Shown here piece by piece: positions 26,420-40,382 of a stretch of DNA of 64,000 nt. Every line of letters starts with the position of its first letter. The first letter of the stretch is position 1. The stretch covers positions 1,736,001 to 1,800,000 of the forward strand of contig MU004183.1 in NCBI GenBank assembly GCA_010093605.1, read 5' to 3'. Source of the stretch: Lophium mytilinum. Its lineage: Eukaryota. The position numbers and the translations under genes are program-made. Under the pieces are notes generated by a model. It worked only from the letters and a program-made list of their open reading frames with translations. It had not been told where the DNA came from and did no database searches.

Positions 26420-26719
26420 GGGGAGCATTTGAAGTTCAGAGGGACTGTTTACTCATGGTTCATTTCTGCTTCACGTGTGATCAGGAGGAGCGCATAATGG
26501 TTCCAGGTTTTGAAGGTACGATGAAGCTCATCCGCATGTGCTTAGATTTTATATGTTGCTAGTAATGCATGCCTTCTCTTGAAGGAGACGTTCCTCAGGT
26601 TTGGAAGGGCTTGAAGCAGTCCGATGATTCCTCAATGCCAAGTCATGTGACCCCTACCCTGATCGTATGCATATTTCATATAGATGTTGCCGTAACGCCG
26701 TAAGACACATAAGAAGCCG

Positions 26720-27531
26720 TTAGGCAGGCAGGAAATGACTGTAATGACCCGGGACTCTCGCGCGACACTTATCACAGTCGTCGCGGTAGCCCATAGAGAA
26801 CTTCCTTTTGTCCGTAAATGCACCGCTCCTCGCTCGTCCAGTCTTGGTGGTCTGGCTTGGCGATCGCACCGCATCTTCCATGTCCATTTCTTCTGCGCCG
26901 CCGACGCTCAGACGGGAAAGCTGACTTTCGGTCGCTTCGTCCTCGCTGATTGGCGACGGCATGCATCGATCTCGTTCGTGCGGCTTTCTGCCCAGGACCG
27001 GAAGTCCTGATAGATCTTCCAGGTCCATCGAACTGACGTCGCTCGCGGAGCGGGTTGGTAAGCGGGAATAGAAAGCGCCGTGTATGGGCGTGGGAATGCG
27101 GCCTCCTGAATTTGACTCCTGAAACAGTTGGGCGTTCAAGCGTGGGGGGCGCAAGAAGGGAGCTGTAGGAGAGTCTGGAGGCTGCGAGCAGATGATGTCG
27201 AGGTCATCGTCGTCCATATCTACATCGTCCTGGTTCACAGAGGCAGGAGAGGCGTCACTGGAGTGCTCCGAGTGAGCAGGTGTCATGGCGTCGGGGAAGC
27301 CATAGTACCTCGGCGGGGTCTCTGAGAGTCGCAGGGGCAGCTGGTGCAGCTGGCTTGGTGCGGGCTGCTGTTCGGGTGGGTAAAAGGAGCGGCTGCGGGA
27401 TCTCTATCGGTCTGGATGAGCAGCTGGAGGTGCAACGGCTGAGCAGCAGTACGAACCTTTAGGGACCTGTCATCAGCTGAGTCGGAATCGTCGTCTCGGC
27501 GACGTTTGACATTAGCCGGGAGAGTCAGCAT
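26720..27531 (-). CDS. Conserved fungal hypothetical protein with C-terminal C-x2-C/H-x2-H motif; one 5' intron
   Basis: GRIPTPIHGAF, MPSPISEDE and FSMGYRDDCDKCRARVPGHYSHF. First exon MLTLPANVKRRRDD with a GTTCGT donor at 27456; the acceptor is not resolved. Confidence 0.75.
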
Positions 27532-28031
27532 GGTGGTGCGGTGAGGGCGGGAGTGGTGGAGGGCAGCGTGATCAACACGCGAGAGCAACATGAAGAAGTG
27601 AAGAAGAAAGCAGAGGGACAGCAGCAGCAGAAGGCATGGCGGAGCGCGGTGAAAGGAGAAGCTACGGGTGTCGTCGTGTTTCAGTTGGGCGCGAAGGCCT
27701 TCGGGGCTGTCCAGGGGCCGTTTCGAGCAGCCTCCAAGGTCATGAAGCACGCTTGCAGGCCACGGCGTAGGCGGTGAGGGTCTATGCCCACTAACCCCGC
27801 GCCCTATAGTGTGAAAAATAAAGCACGGCGAAAAACAGTCATGGTGAACACGGCTGAAGTTCACTCGCCGACCACAATTCTCTCCATACATAAAGTCGAC
27901 CACACCTACTTTCCTCTCTCCTTGTTCACCAGCTGCTCCTGAATCTCGCCCTTCATCTGTTGACAATCCATAACTTTTATTACAGCAATTGGCATCGTGG
28001 AACATCTTGCCACTTCAGAGTCCCAGTACTG

Positions 28032-28037
28032 TGACTC
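28032..28037 (+). promoter_or_regulatory. TGACTC Gcn4/CpcA response element
   Basis: TGACTC about 30 nt upstream of the DAHP synthase ATG. These genes are known cross-pathway-control targets, but this site may lie in the 5' UTR. Confidence 0.4.
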
Positions 28038-28067
28038 CACCTCTCTCCAACCTCTACATTCACCACA

Positions 28068-29279
<1,212 letters not shown>

Positions 29280-29617
29280 ACGTCAATTTCTTTCAAAGTT
29301 CCACACCATCAGACCTCCCACATACCATGCATATTCGCTTCATACCGGGAAACCAAAAGTTCCACTGGGTTAGGGATTGAAGAAAAAAGAAAAGACCGGT
29401 GTTTAGGATATCCGGCGTAATCTGTTCAAACACATACCACATCTTCGCTCCTGCATATTACTTCAATTGCTTGAAACTCCATTCATCTATTCCGTGCCGT
29501 GCCGTTACGCCTGCCCCAACTCTCGAGAGAAGCCCAACGCTCGCTTATGACAATCCGTATAATACACTCCCCCGGCTCTGCCAGCCTCCCCTCCCTCCAT
29601 TTCCACTTCTCTCATTA

Positions 29618-30373
29618 TTACACCGGCAGCTCCGAATTCCTCGTCCCCGCCCCAACCCGCTCCAGCGCCATGCTGATATACGGCCCAATCACTGGTATGT
29701 TCCCCGCAAACCCTGAAGAATCACCAACATTAGCAACCCTTTATTCAGCCTCCCTCTCACCCCCTCTCCCCGACTCTGTCTTTCACGTGTCCACGTACCA
29801 GCTATCGTAGCAAAGAAGTCCCCAAACAGCACAAAGATCCCATAAAGCTCGACCAGAAACCCGATGAACGGCCACCGGAACAGGATCAGCAGAATACCGG
29901 CGGCGAAGGCGGCGGTGCCTTTTAGCTTCTGGCGGCGCGCGAAGAAGAGGGCGGTTTTTTGGAAGCCGATTATGCAGGTGAGACCGATCAGGAAGAGGAT
30001 CTGGGGGTATGAGCGCCGGTGGGGGAGGGAGGAGAGGGGGGGAGTACGTTGCCCATTGCTAGCCTGGGGGGACGAGGGGGTCAGTGTTTGTATAGAATAA
30101 AGGGTTTGGGGGATGGGAATAGGGAGTAGAGGGGTTTATGGGACCTACATCGCGCGATCAAAAAACATCATGACGCCGCCTAATAGGAAGAAGCCCCCTG
30201 AGTCTCGCGTTTAGAGGTTTTGTTTTGTGTGAAGAGGCACTGCGTGTCGTACCTACCGCCAGAGCAGAATGCGACTCCGATTTCTGCGCGCAAGAGGTTA
30301 GCATGGAGGGATGAGGTTTGGTCGGGGGATTGGTCGGCGTACTCTGCGAGTCTGATAGCCACATGGTAGGCAT
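29618..30373 (-). CDS. GOT1: Golgi transport protein Got1; several small exons including a 16-nt exon (30048-30063)
   Basis: [44 protein letters not shown]...LFGDFFATIAGFAGNIPVIGPY reconstructed across GT-AG introns. Confidence 0.93.
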
Positions 30374-31228
30374 TTTGGCGGGTTGTTTGGCGGTGGGAAT
30401 CGGGGAAGGAGAGGTGAGATGTTGAGGTTTTGTTGAGAAGACGCGATGGTGTTCTTTGAATGGCTGCTGAGGCGCGGAATTCTGGCCGAGGTTTTGCCGG
30501 CGCAAGCTAAAAAGATCGGATGAGAAGCTTTTTCTGTTCTTCATCAATCAAGCTCGAAGAGCATCAGCCTTGCTTTTAGCTGTTCAGACGTATGCTTTTC
30601 GAGCGGGGTCAGCTGCTTATATAGGCTGTTAGGCTTGTGTGTCTTACCATCTGGTCTTCGACAATCTGGTCCTCAGAGTCCCGGGAAGCTGCATGACGGC
30701 TGCCTACATACAACGAACACCTGTTCAATGGATCGAGGCTTCAGTGGTAGAGTATGAATCAGAATCCAGAGGCCACGTCTCGACATATGTAAGGTACCAA
30801 GGATAGTACGAATAGGTAGCAGTCTGGAGATCGGTCGGACATTTCTTTTCTCATCCCATCTCAATTCAATCAAGGTACCAAGAAACATAAATCCCGCCTT
30901 GACGACAGTAGCTGTCTTTGCTACTGTAACTACGATCTCCTCCCCATGTGATCCTGGTATCCCGTCTCGGCGAAGAACAGAAAACCTCAGACCGCCATAA
31001 GCCGGAGCGTCCTCTTGAGCCCTGCTTTGAAAGAAGCTTGGTGGGTGGAGGGAGCTTGATTTGGAGAGTCGAACATATCCACCCTTCCCCTTCTAAACTA
31101 GTTCTAGATGACCTGTCATGAAGTTATGGCTATGAAAGCATAAGTAGGTGGCTTCTCTGCAAAAGAGGCCAACGGAAGCGAAAACAAACTTCAAGGGCTC
31201 GAGAAAAGAAAGATATTTTGGCACTCGC

Positions 31229-31402
31229 GAGATTTGAACTCAAGTCAGCAAGAATAAAAACAAAAAGGCAAAAGATACATCCACCCCGGTGGTGGTTAAG
31301 GCAAGGAGGCCCCGGTGAGATAGCCCTTCTTAGTTGGCTTCATTAGAGCACATCGCATGCCACTGTAACTTGAGGAAGCCACGAATTTTTTAAAATATAT
31401 AC
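31229..31402. ncRNA. Candidate Pol III-type small structured RNA or TFIIIC site
   Basis: B-box GAGTTCAAATCTC on the - strand (31229-31241); two hairpins (including TGGCTTC 31335-31341 / GAAGCCA 31375-31381); oligo-T runs flanking on both strands; TATATA at about 31396-31401. No complete cloverleaf. Confidence 0.3.
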
Positions 31403-32939
31403 ACAAGCAAACGCTCAGCCCCACTTAAACTTTATTCTCTAGGTACCAACGTCACCACCGGCGCAGCGCAGTCAATCGCAGCCAGTCAGACGGCTCTCAC
31501 GTGCCCCTTCAACAACGCTACCTATAATTCTAGAATGGCAAAACAGATCGGCCGCGCAGACGCCGCTGCACCTTATGCTGTACCTTTACAAGATGACTAG
31601 ACGGCCTACACCTGTATGCTGCTTGGTTGCTATCAAATACGTTCGAAAATAATAGAAATCAATAGACCGATCTACAGTTGACCCCTAAGAGTTGCGCTCA
31701 CACCAAACGCGCCCTGGCACTTAGAATTTATCATGCCATTGCACATTGGCCCTCCCACACCACCATGTCGGCATTAGCGTCGAAGCTCTGCTCGATGTTT
31801 TCTAAGGTATGGCTCGCTATCCCTTTGCGCTGCCACGAAGTTTATGCATCCGGTTGATCGCGGTCTTGATCGTCTATAGTGTTGGTGCCGCTAGGGAGCG
31901 TGAAGGATGTTCCGGCTGCCTCTGCGTTTTTCTGTACATTACAACCGTGAGGAAGTCCAGAGTAGTCGAGGCCTCGATGAAGCAGTCAAGTGCGCTTTGC
32001 CCTCCGACAGGGTAAGTCGGTCATGCTTGCTCCTCCATTCGCCCAGGTGTTGCCTTAAGTCTCCCGTCTACTTTGGACCTCTCATGTGTGTACTTTGCGT
32101 GTAGGTGAGCCAATGCGCTTTCTCGTGAATTAGATTATTTCTCAATGCTCTTATTTGGTAGCCGCGTACGATTTCTAGTGATGTTGTATCTTAGCTGATG
32201 CCTGTCAGTACCCGGAGCAAAGAAACGGGTGTGCTCGCTCCCTTATTCTACATCGTATCATTTAAGACCGCACACAGATCCCGACTGTAACTGGAGCAGT
32301 ACTTGTAGTGGCTGTGTCCAACTACTCATTCTCAGGATCTTGGTCGTGTTCTAGGCCGGTCGAAAGATCTACATGATTGCTTTTCTCAGCCGTCGAATAG
32401 TAGCAGCTCCTCCTCCACCTTGCTCCAGTAGACGAAAATAGCGGAATAGACTCTTCCGCTCATATCAACAGCCATGGCGAGGCAACAGCGAGTTCGCCAA
32501 AAGTTCTTTTCCGGCTATAAGATCAGGTCACTCACACCAGCCGCAATGGTGCTGCTTCGTGAATGTCGTAAATGTCATACAAATAAAGGTTTTAGGTCTT
32601 TCTACCATTCTACTTACGGAGAACAAAAGTGTAGGCAGAATTCGGCTTGGGACTGCGCAAGCGTGGCTGCACGATTGTAATTTTAGTTGCCTACGCGCTT
32701 TTCCTGCCTCGCCCGCATGAGGCCGAGGCAGTGCTGTCATTTAATGCAACCTATAGAAACCTCCTCATCTGCTATTGGGCAAGATGTCTCTCGCCCGCAT
32801 AAGGCTGAGGCAGTGCTGCCATTCATCGACATCTGCGAAATCTCCTTTTTTCACAAGGAGATCTTCGATTGCAGCTCTATTTTCTCCATTCAAACGAAGA
32901 TCGGACTTTCAAGATCACTTTCGTCATAATAAACAAGAA

Positions 32940-35069
32940 ATGCGCTCTCATGCAAAAGCACCCGGGCCCTTTGTAAGATGGCGACTGAAGCATCAAGGCG
33001 ACTGGAGACAAAGCGTCAAATTCGCGTTCATTTTCACAGCCGCTATTCTTTCATTAAACCTCTTATTCATCATTGTCGTTGCTGCAAAGGCAACCCATGA
33101 GAGCACTACCTCCGTAGTCATTTACGACGGCATCTGCAAAAAAGCAGGACGATACAGCAGCACTTTTCATTTCGTCATCAATGCAGCCAGCAGTATTGTT
33201 CTTGCTAGTAGTAGTTATTGCCTAGTAAGAGACTCTTTCCTTGTTAGTGCATTCATACTCAGTCTAATTCATTCACAGCAATGTCTCTCAGCCCCGACGC
33301 GTGACGATGTTGACCGGGCTCACGCAGACAAAACTTGGATGGATATCGGAATACTCAGCTTTCGGAATGTTCGTCGGATTTCCACAACGCGACGCGGACT
33401 CTGGATACTGCTCGTCCTTTCGTCGCTTCCCTTGCATCTCTTGTTGGTATCTCCTGCTCACTTCTCTATATTAACTAACGACGAAATCGAGGTTCAATTC
33501 AGTAGTCTTTACAACTATCTCTTCGAGCGAGTACGACATATACTCGGCTCCAACGGGGCATGAGGAAGCACTCAATCGTATCTCAGCCTGGCCAAACTAT
33601 CAAAATGGCTCTCTGGTCCGTCTTGATAACGCAGCCTGCATCACTGCTTACTCAAGAGGATATCACGTGGGCTGGGGAGACGTAATCGTATTCTCGAACA
33701 TCCCCGAGCCGGTATACAACGTGTCGATAAGTCTCGCTGATTACGATTGGATGTGCGCGTCGGCTGTCGATCTTTCTGTGTCCTGCTTTTCTTACCTCTC
33801 TAATATCACCGCATCGAACTGGACATATCCAGCTGCCAACTACCGAGTTACAAGCTGCCTGGCAGAAGTCAAAGAGGAACACTGCAGGCTGAAAGCTAGC
33901 TTGACGCTCTTAATCGCAGTCGCGGTGGCCAACATCGCTAAGCTTGTGGTCATATATGCCTTACTGCTGGCGGAGGAACGACCGCTACTAACACTTGGCG
34001 ATTCGATAGCTTCTTTCATTAGCACACCTGATGCATACACATCTGGAAGATTCAGAAGCGTGGAGCTGCGTTCCGGTGGTGTCATAGGACGGGTCGCTGT
34101 GTATGATGGCAAGCTCCAAAAACGCGGCAGCGTGCCGCTTCTCAACTCCAAGCCGCTACAACTCCAAGGCAGCGAACTCCAACGTGCTCGATTTCGGGGT
34201 GGACGACTATTCGTGTGTGGAGCCATGTTAGAATATTCTCCCTTTTAGTGTTGGACGTTTAGAGCCATCTGCTAACCTTGGACAGTACTATCTTACTGTT
34301 AGCACTACTCCTGGCGGTGTATTTCCCGAGTATGCAGAAACAATACGGCGGTCTCCTAAGCTTCCAAGAAATGAAACAACTCGGCTTCGGGCCTTCGGAT
34401 CCCGCCTCACAGCTGCAATGGGGCGACCACGGGTTCGCCGGCAACGTGCTCATCGCCAACGCCGGCCAACTGCTGTTCTCCATGCTCTACTTCAGCTACA
34501 ACGGAATGCTAACCTCTGTCTCCGTTGCCCGCGAATGGAACAACTTCGGTCTCCGCCCCAAAGGCCTCCGCGTCTCCGAGAAGCCACGACAGGCGCAGCG
34601 AAGCACGTATTTCCTGTCGCTGCCCTACCGCTTTGCCGCGCCCCTTTTGCTCATCTCCGCCACAATGCACTGGCTGCTTTCCCAAAGCATCTTTTTCATC
34701 AATGTAGACGGCTATTCGCGCATGGGTGTCCACGATCCGGCGTTGGACATCACAACAGTGGGGTTGTCGCCAAACGCGCTTCTTGCCGTCATGGTTGGGC
34801 TGGTCGCGATGCTTGTCTTCATGGGCGTCGTGAATGCTTTGAGGCTGAGAGCGAAAGTGCCGTATGTTGGCAGTTGCAGTGTGCTGATTGCTGTGGCTTG
34901 TCATCCGTCAATGGACGAGAAAGACGAGATGGTCACGAGACCGCTTTGCTTAGAAGCACTGCAGGAACACGCGGAGGACGATGGGAACGGGAGTTATAGG
35001 TTTACGCCCGGGAGCGCAGACGGAGGACAGAAAGGCTTGTTGCGAGAAGGTGAGGAGCTGGGGGCGTGA
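32940..35069 (+). CDS. DUF6536-family multi-pass membrane protein; about 3 introns, start uncertain
   Basis: HFVINAASSIVLASSSYCLQCLSAPTRDDVDRAH..WMDIG..SFRN..W.LL.LSSLPLHLLFNS, LLTLGDSIASF, QRSTYFLSLPYRF..HWLLSQSIF and GSCSVLIAVACH. Confidence 0.85.
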
Positions 35070-35180
35070 CGTTGAACGCCCTCTGCACTCTCGGGAGGTC
35101 GAATGTAGCCTGGAGGAAGTACTATCGTGTACCCAGGGCTTTAAAGCTAGGGCATAGATATCCTACAAGGGAACGGAATC

Positions 35181-35958
35181 ATTGCAGTATGGCCCAGAGC
35201 GCGGGCTCAATGCATACAACGACTTTCTCGGGCGCTGGGCCGTATTAGGGATAACTATACGGCTCGACATAGATAAAAGACCCTTAGCGACGTATATAAT
35301 CTTCCTGTTATAGCCCAGAGCGCGAGCCCAGTTTCTACCTCGCGCTCAGAGCTATAACAGGAGTAGTCGGCAGACATCACCAGGGGACGATGGTAGGAGT
35401 TGCTTGCAGGAATTTTTCGTTAGAGGTCCTGGCGGGAGATCTACTTTCCCCGATATGGCCCAAACCGCGAGTTGAAACGTCGGGGAGGGTTTCCTCGCTG
35501 TTCGGTCCGTAGTAGGGATAGCCAAGCTCCTCGACGTGGGTCTTGTGCAAGGCTTTGAAGCTCAAAATCAGGTATTATAACGTCTGCCAAGAGGTCTATC
35601 TTTCTCATTTGAGCCCCATCCGCGAGCAGTATACCGAGCTCGCACTCTGGGCTACATCTGGAATACTAGACCTGCTCAATTTAGGAAATAAGAGAGGATT
35701 TGAAGGCAGGAAGCTAGCGTAACATACCTCACGGGCCATCTACTCTTCCTGTCAGGCCTGTCTGGGCCCAGAGCGCGAGCTCATGTAGACCTCGCCGTCT
35801 GGGTCATATTAGGACAAAAAGTACACGCAGTATGGGGTATAGAACAATAATCTATAGGAGGATGTCCAAGACGTAAGTTTCGAATTGAGGTTTACTGTTC
35901 CGCATCCGGCCCAAAGCGCGAACTCATGCATCCCTCGCGGTCTGGGCCATAATAGGAA
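35181..35958. repeat. Array of six palindromic (25-bp arm) hairpin units with regular spacers
   Basis: Consensus TTCCYRNTATGGCCCAGAGCGCGAG-loop-CTCGCGNTCTGGGCCATANTAGGAA at 35181-35251, 35302-35363, 35447-35518, 35602-35663, 35746/55-35815 and 35898-35958. Confidence 0.9.
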
Positions 35959-37368
35959 TAGCTTATATTCTCGGTATGGGGAATGTGCGGAGCTAGGATG
36001 CGATACGTATTTCTGATAGGATGTTGACGTGCTTGTAGCCGATCGAATATTGCATTCGCAAGGGATCTAGGAGGATGACTAGTGTTAAAAACACTACCGA
36101 GCGGAGGCTTGCCTTGGAAATCACGATTTAAAATGAGGGCTCGAATGGAATCATGTGATTACCCCGGCCTCCGGTCGTGATGAGGCAGCCTCGTTGGTTT
36201 ACCTTTTTTTCTCATACGCTGTGTTGGGAGTGAGACCACGTTTCTCTCTTGACGCAGCTGCTCTTTACACCCCTCTTCAGCCGATAGTTAACTTCGTAGT
36301 TGACCTCTATTGAACACAAGTCTCCTTATGCCGGCTCGCCATTAGGTTATGAGTTAATTGAGCTCCCCCTTCACGTACTGAGGCTACTACATACCGGATC
36401 CCTCCACTGCCCGTGGGCCATCTACAACGAAGGGCGCCCCACGGCTACACGCCATCTCGAACCGCAATCACTCTGACCACTTAACTGTTACAACCCGTTC
36501 TACTTCCAGGCGTAGACGCGACCTGAAGACTACGACGTAGCATAAGGGAACTAGTATCGCCATTCCTCTATGTCGCATCCGCTACGATCCAACGTCACTA
36601 GGAATCGATTTCGCTCCCTTCTCTACGCACGAGGATATCTGCCGCCAATATTGACCAGGCAGGCTAAGATGTTCAGCGTCATGGAAAGGCGAATCGGTTC
36701 ACCTACACGAAAAGCACAAGGGGGGGGACAGACGGATACTCTAAAATGTAGGAAGAGCATAAGGTGGGTCCTGAAGAAGAGCGCAGAGAAACACCTACGT
36801 GGATACAGATGGCTAAATAACCGTCTTAGAGCACAAAGCCCATAGTACTACTTCCTGAAGGCTCTCGGTACGCTCTGGTTCTTTGTGGTTTGAAGACGGG
36901 TTTTATAGTGAGAGAGTTGCAGCACCGTTGACACCCCAGACGGCTAGGACCTCGAGCAACCGGACGCGTGCTCCCCGTGGCGGCACGAAGGCGAGGAAGA
37001 GTAGTTGCAGCAGGTACTCATACAACTCGGGAATGAGCAGGTATCGAATGCGTATATCCTAGTGATCATGAGGTAAGAGCACTTCACAGATAGACGAGAA
37101 GGGACTTTTTGATCATGATTACGACCTAAGCGACGGCCAGCCTCGTAACCCAGACGAAGACCGTGCCGTTTGTTACCGATTGCTCCACGCTTCCTTCTAT
37201 GTGAGAGACCTGAAAATGAGCCTGAAAATGCTGGATGAAATGTTAAAAGGAAAAGGAAAAAAAAAGAACTGAGAAGACCAAGTAAAGCCGTGGCCATTCC
37301 AGTCAGTGCACACTGAGCTTTTTGAAAACGCCTGTTATCAGAGAGGGAAAGAAGACACGGGATCCAGA

Positions 37369-38944
37369 TCATGGGAGAGACAGTGGCGTGATGTTTGCAG
37401 AGGGCGTCCGGCCTTCGATGAGTTCAGCAACGCAGAGACCGGTACCGGGGGCTTGGGAGATGCCTGAAGGGGATGTGTCAGCATGAAACGAGACATGTGG
37501 AGGAATTCGATACACTTACCCCATGCGCCGTGTCCGGCGGCGACGAAGACACCGCCTTCGGCTGCTGGACGAGTGGTCAGACCGCCGCCGAGCTTCTCGT
37601 CTGGAACGCGTGCGATGATGGGTCGACCGCTGGAGGTGACTGGGCGAAAACACTGTGAGGAATGCAATTAGCCAATGCTCTCAATATTTTGACCTGTAGA
37701 CCACGGCCGCGGAAGGACGTACCAGCGAGGCCCTCATCACCTCGATCGCCTCCCCACCCCCCTCCAACCCCAGCATGACCGCTGCGCAGTCTCGCAACTG
37801 CTTGATAGCCGCCTCGTTAAGCACTACATCGGTTGCAATTTCTGGTAGTTTGATTTGAGTACTGTTGAGCCCCGCGATATAGATCTCCCCGCCGACGCGG
37901 CTGAACAGCTCCGGCGAAAATCCAAGAGTGTCGGTGGCAAAAACAGCGTGGCAGTCCTTGTCGGCATCTGTGGCGGCATTGTAGGTGGGATTTCGGAGGA
38001 GTAAACCGTGGCCGGCGAGCGGAGCGATGGGGATGCGAGTTTTGGAGGAGGGGAACAACGTGGAGAAGACTTTCGGGGCCCAGGAGCCGGCCGTTATGAC
38101 GAGCCGGGTGCAGGGGACTTTGACATGTTAGTGGGATTGCGCAAGAGCAGACTGAGCGGCTGAGGGGACACACGGTCAGTTTCAGTGCCGTCGGCGGTGC
38201 AGATGCGCACGCTGGCGAGCTCGCCCTTCACGTCTTTGGAGACCGAGAGGGCGCGAGCGGGCTGGTGCAAATGAACGCCGCGAGAGCGACATTCCTCAAG
38301 GAGGAACTTGGAGAAGCGGAGCGGATCACTGCGAGATGTTAGTTGTCTTCCAACTGGGTAGGTCGCGTGCTCCCGAAAAAAGATAATACAAATTCTAGGA
38401 TTTCGAGGTAGGCTCAAAGGCAGCTTCAACTTACATTTGCGCCGTACTGTTCTCCCGACTGATTACCTCCAAGCTTGTGCCTTCGCTCACAGCTAGCCAT
38501 TCAGGCCCATTTGCATTGCCAGGCGCACGAGCTCCAGAGGCCTGCGCACGACTCGTGCCATTTCGCAGGAAGTCTTCTCCACTCCCGCCGACAACGTCGC
38601 TGTCTGAGCTGAGGGAAGTTCCCGTGCTGAGGCTGTAGCCCCATCTCTTTCTTCCGTTGTACTTTTCGGCGAGCTCCTTGTGCAGCCTGAAAGACAATGC
38701 TCCGAGGGGAGCCACTGACGGCGCAAACCCTACCGCAAATGGTGAGCGGACTGCTCTACAGAAGGGCGAAGTGCTTACAGTCAGCAGCCAAGAAGCCCCC
38801 GGCAAGGCCTGAAGCGCACTGGAAGAGCTCTGGCGAGGACTCGACGAGATGGATGCTTTGCGCCGGGGTACGCGGCGATTGGGAGAGGTAGTAGGCGGTT
38901 GAGCATCCTACGATGCCGGCGCCGATGATCACGGTATTGGACAT
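37369..38944 (-). CDS. FAD-dependent oxidoreductase, DAO family (Tda3-like); multi-exon
   Basis: [20 protein letters not shown]ossmann motif, [23 protein letters not shown] and [16 protein letters not shown]. Confidence 0.92.
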
Positions 38945-39312
38945 GGTGAGTATGAGAGGATGCAGTGGGCACGGCGGGCGAAACGCGGGAGTAGGACGGC
39001 CATGGTGGTTTAAGAGTCGCGGCAACAATGGGCTGAAATAATGGTATGTGTGATGGAGAAGTCGTACGATGGTCAAGGAAATCGGCCCATATTCTACCCC
39101 ACCTCACACCCTGTCAGGCGCGCCAGATGATCGCCGCGGAGGGGTTCCGGCTGACTTTGTGTGCCCTTTGCAGCCTCTCTCAATCTATTTCGGAGCTTTA
39201 TAATTGGGCTGCATTGAGGCCGACGTCTAGATTCACACTACTTGATTGTGTGCTGGTTGGAAACATCTGACTTGCGGTCTCACAACACCACGAAAACCGA
39301 CCCGAAAACGCC

Positions 39313-40382
39313 ATGGCTTCACCGTCGGGCAAGGTCGTGATATTGACGGGCGCGTCGAGAGGTACGGTACCTCCCTGCTGCTATTGGCCATGCTTAAGCC
39401 GTCGTCTCCGATTGATTGGATGGTTTTCGCACTGCTTCAGACTTTCCCCTGGTCTTGCGAACACACTGACAGCTGACGGTAGGTATCGGACTCGCAATCG
39501 CCCACTTCCTCCTCAAACAGAAGTGCAACCTCGTCGTAGTGGCACGGAGCAAGGAACCCCTCGAGGGCCTTCGCAAAGAGTATCCAGATCAAGTTCAAGT
39601 GCTTGCGGGAGACCTCTCCGACTTCTCCTTGGGCAAACAGGCCGTCGAGCTTGCGACTTCGACATGGAGTGAAGTAGACGCCCTGATCCTCAACCATGGC
39701 GTCCTCGACCCCGTCAAGAGAGTTAGCGACACCGACGCTGAAGAGTGGAGATCGACCTTTGATGTCAACGTCTTCTCGATTGTGGCACTGGTACGTAGGA
39801 ACACGTTTCATATTACTTTTCTAGTTTTGCTAAGACGTGCAGGTGAAAGCCGCTCTCCCAGCGTTACGAGCTACTCATGGTCGCATCATAATCACGTCCT
39901 CCGGCGCAGCAGTTAATACATACTCTACCTGGGGTGCTTACGGTATGACGCATCGTCTTCCTGCCCTGTCTTCACCGCGTCATGTGACAAAGTTTCCATC
40001 AATGCTGACTATATGCATGATAGGTGCTTCGAAGGCTGTCCTCAATCACTTAGCCAGCACCTTAGCCACCGAGGAGCCCAAAGTGACGACTCTCTCTGTC
40101 CGCCCTGGAACTGTGGACACGGAAATGCAACGGGAGATACGAGAACTCCATCACAGAGAGATGGACAAGAAAGACGCAGACAAGTTCGCGAGCCTCAAGT
40201 CCGATGGTAGTCTCTTGAAGCCCGAGCAGCCTGGTCATGTCATTGCTCGGCTGGCTCTGGACGCGCCGATTGAATTGAGCGGGAAGTTCCTCAAGTAAGT
40301 CGTACTATATTCTACCCAAGGCTCATGCTGACCTCACGCAAGCTGGAACGCCGACGACTTGGCCAAGTTCCAAGAGACTTGA
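39313..40382 (+). CDS. Short-chain dehydrogenase/reductase (YIR035C/sepiapterin-reductase-like); multi-exon
   Basis: ILTGASRGIG, LILNHGVLDP, SSGAA..YSTWGAYGASKA (YxxxK) and RPGTVDTEMQ. Confidence 0.93.

Noticed and set aside
31219..31362. tRNA gene (T-arm-like GAGTTCAAATCTC and acceptor-like GAGTGCCA on the - strand)
   Set aside because: No D or anticodon arms at the proper spacing, and oligo-T runs interrupt the putative body.
35181..35958. Calling the hairpin array a CRISPR array
   Set aside because: Eukaryotic context, no cas genes, repeats too degenerate and long, and spacers show residual mutual homology.
36390..37372. ORFs 36570-36845 and 36944-37372
   Set aside because: No homology cues; likely intergenic or 3' UTR sequence.
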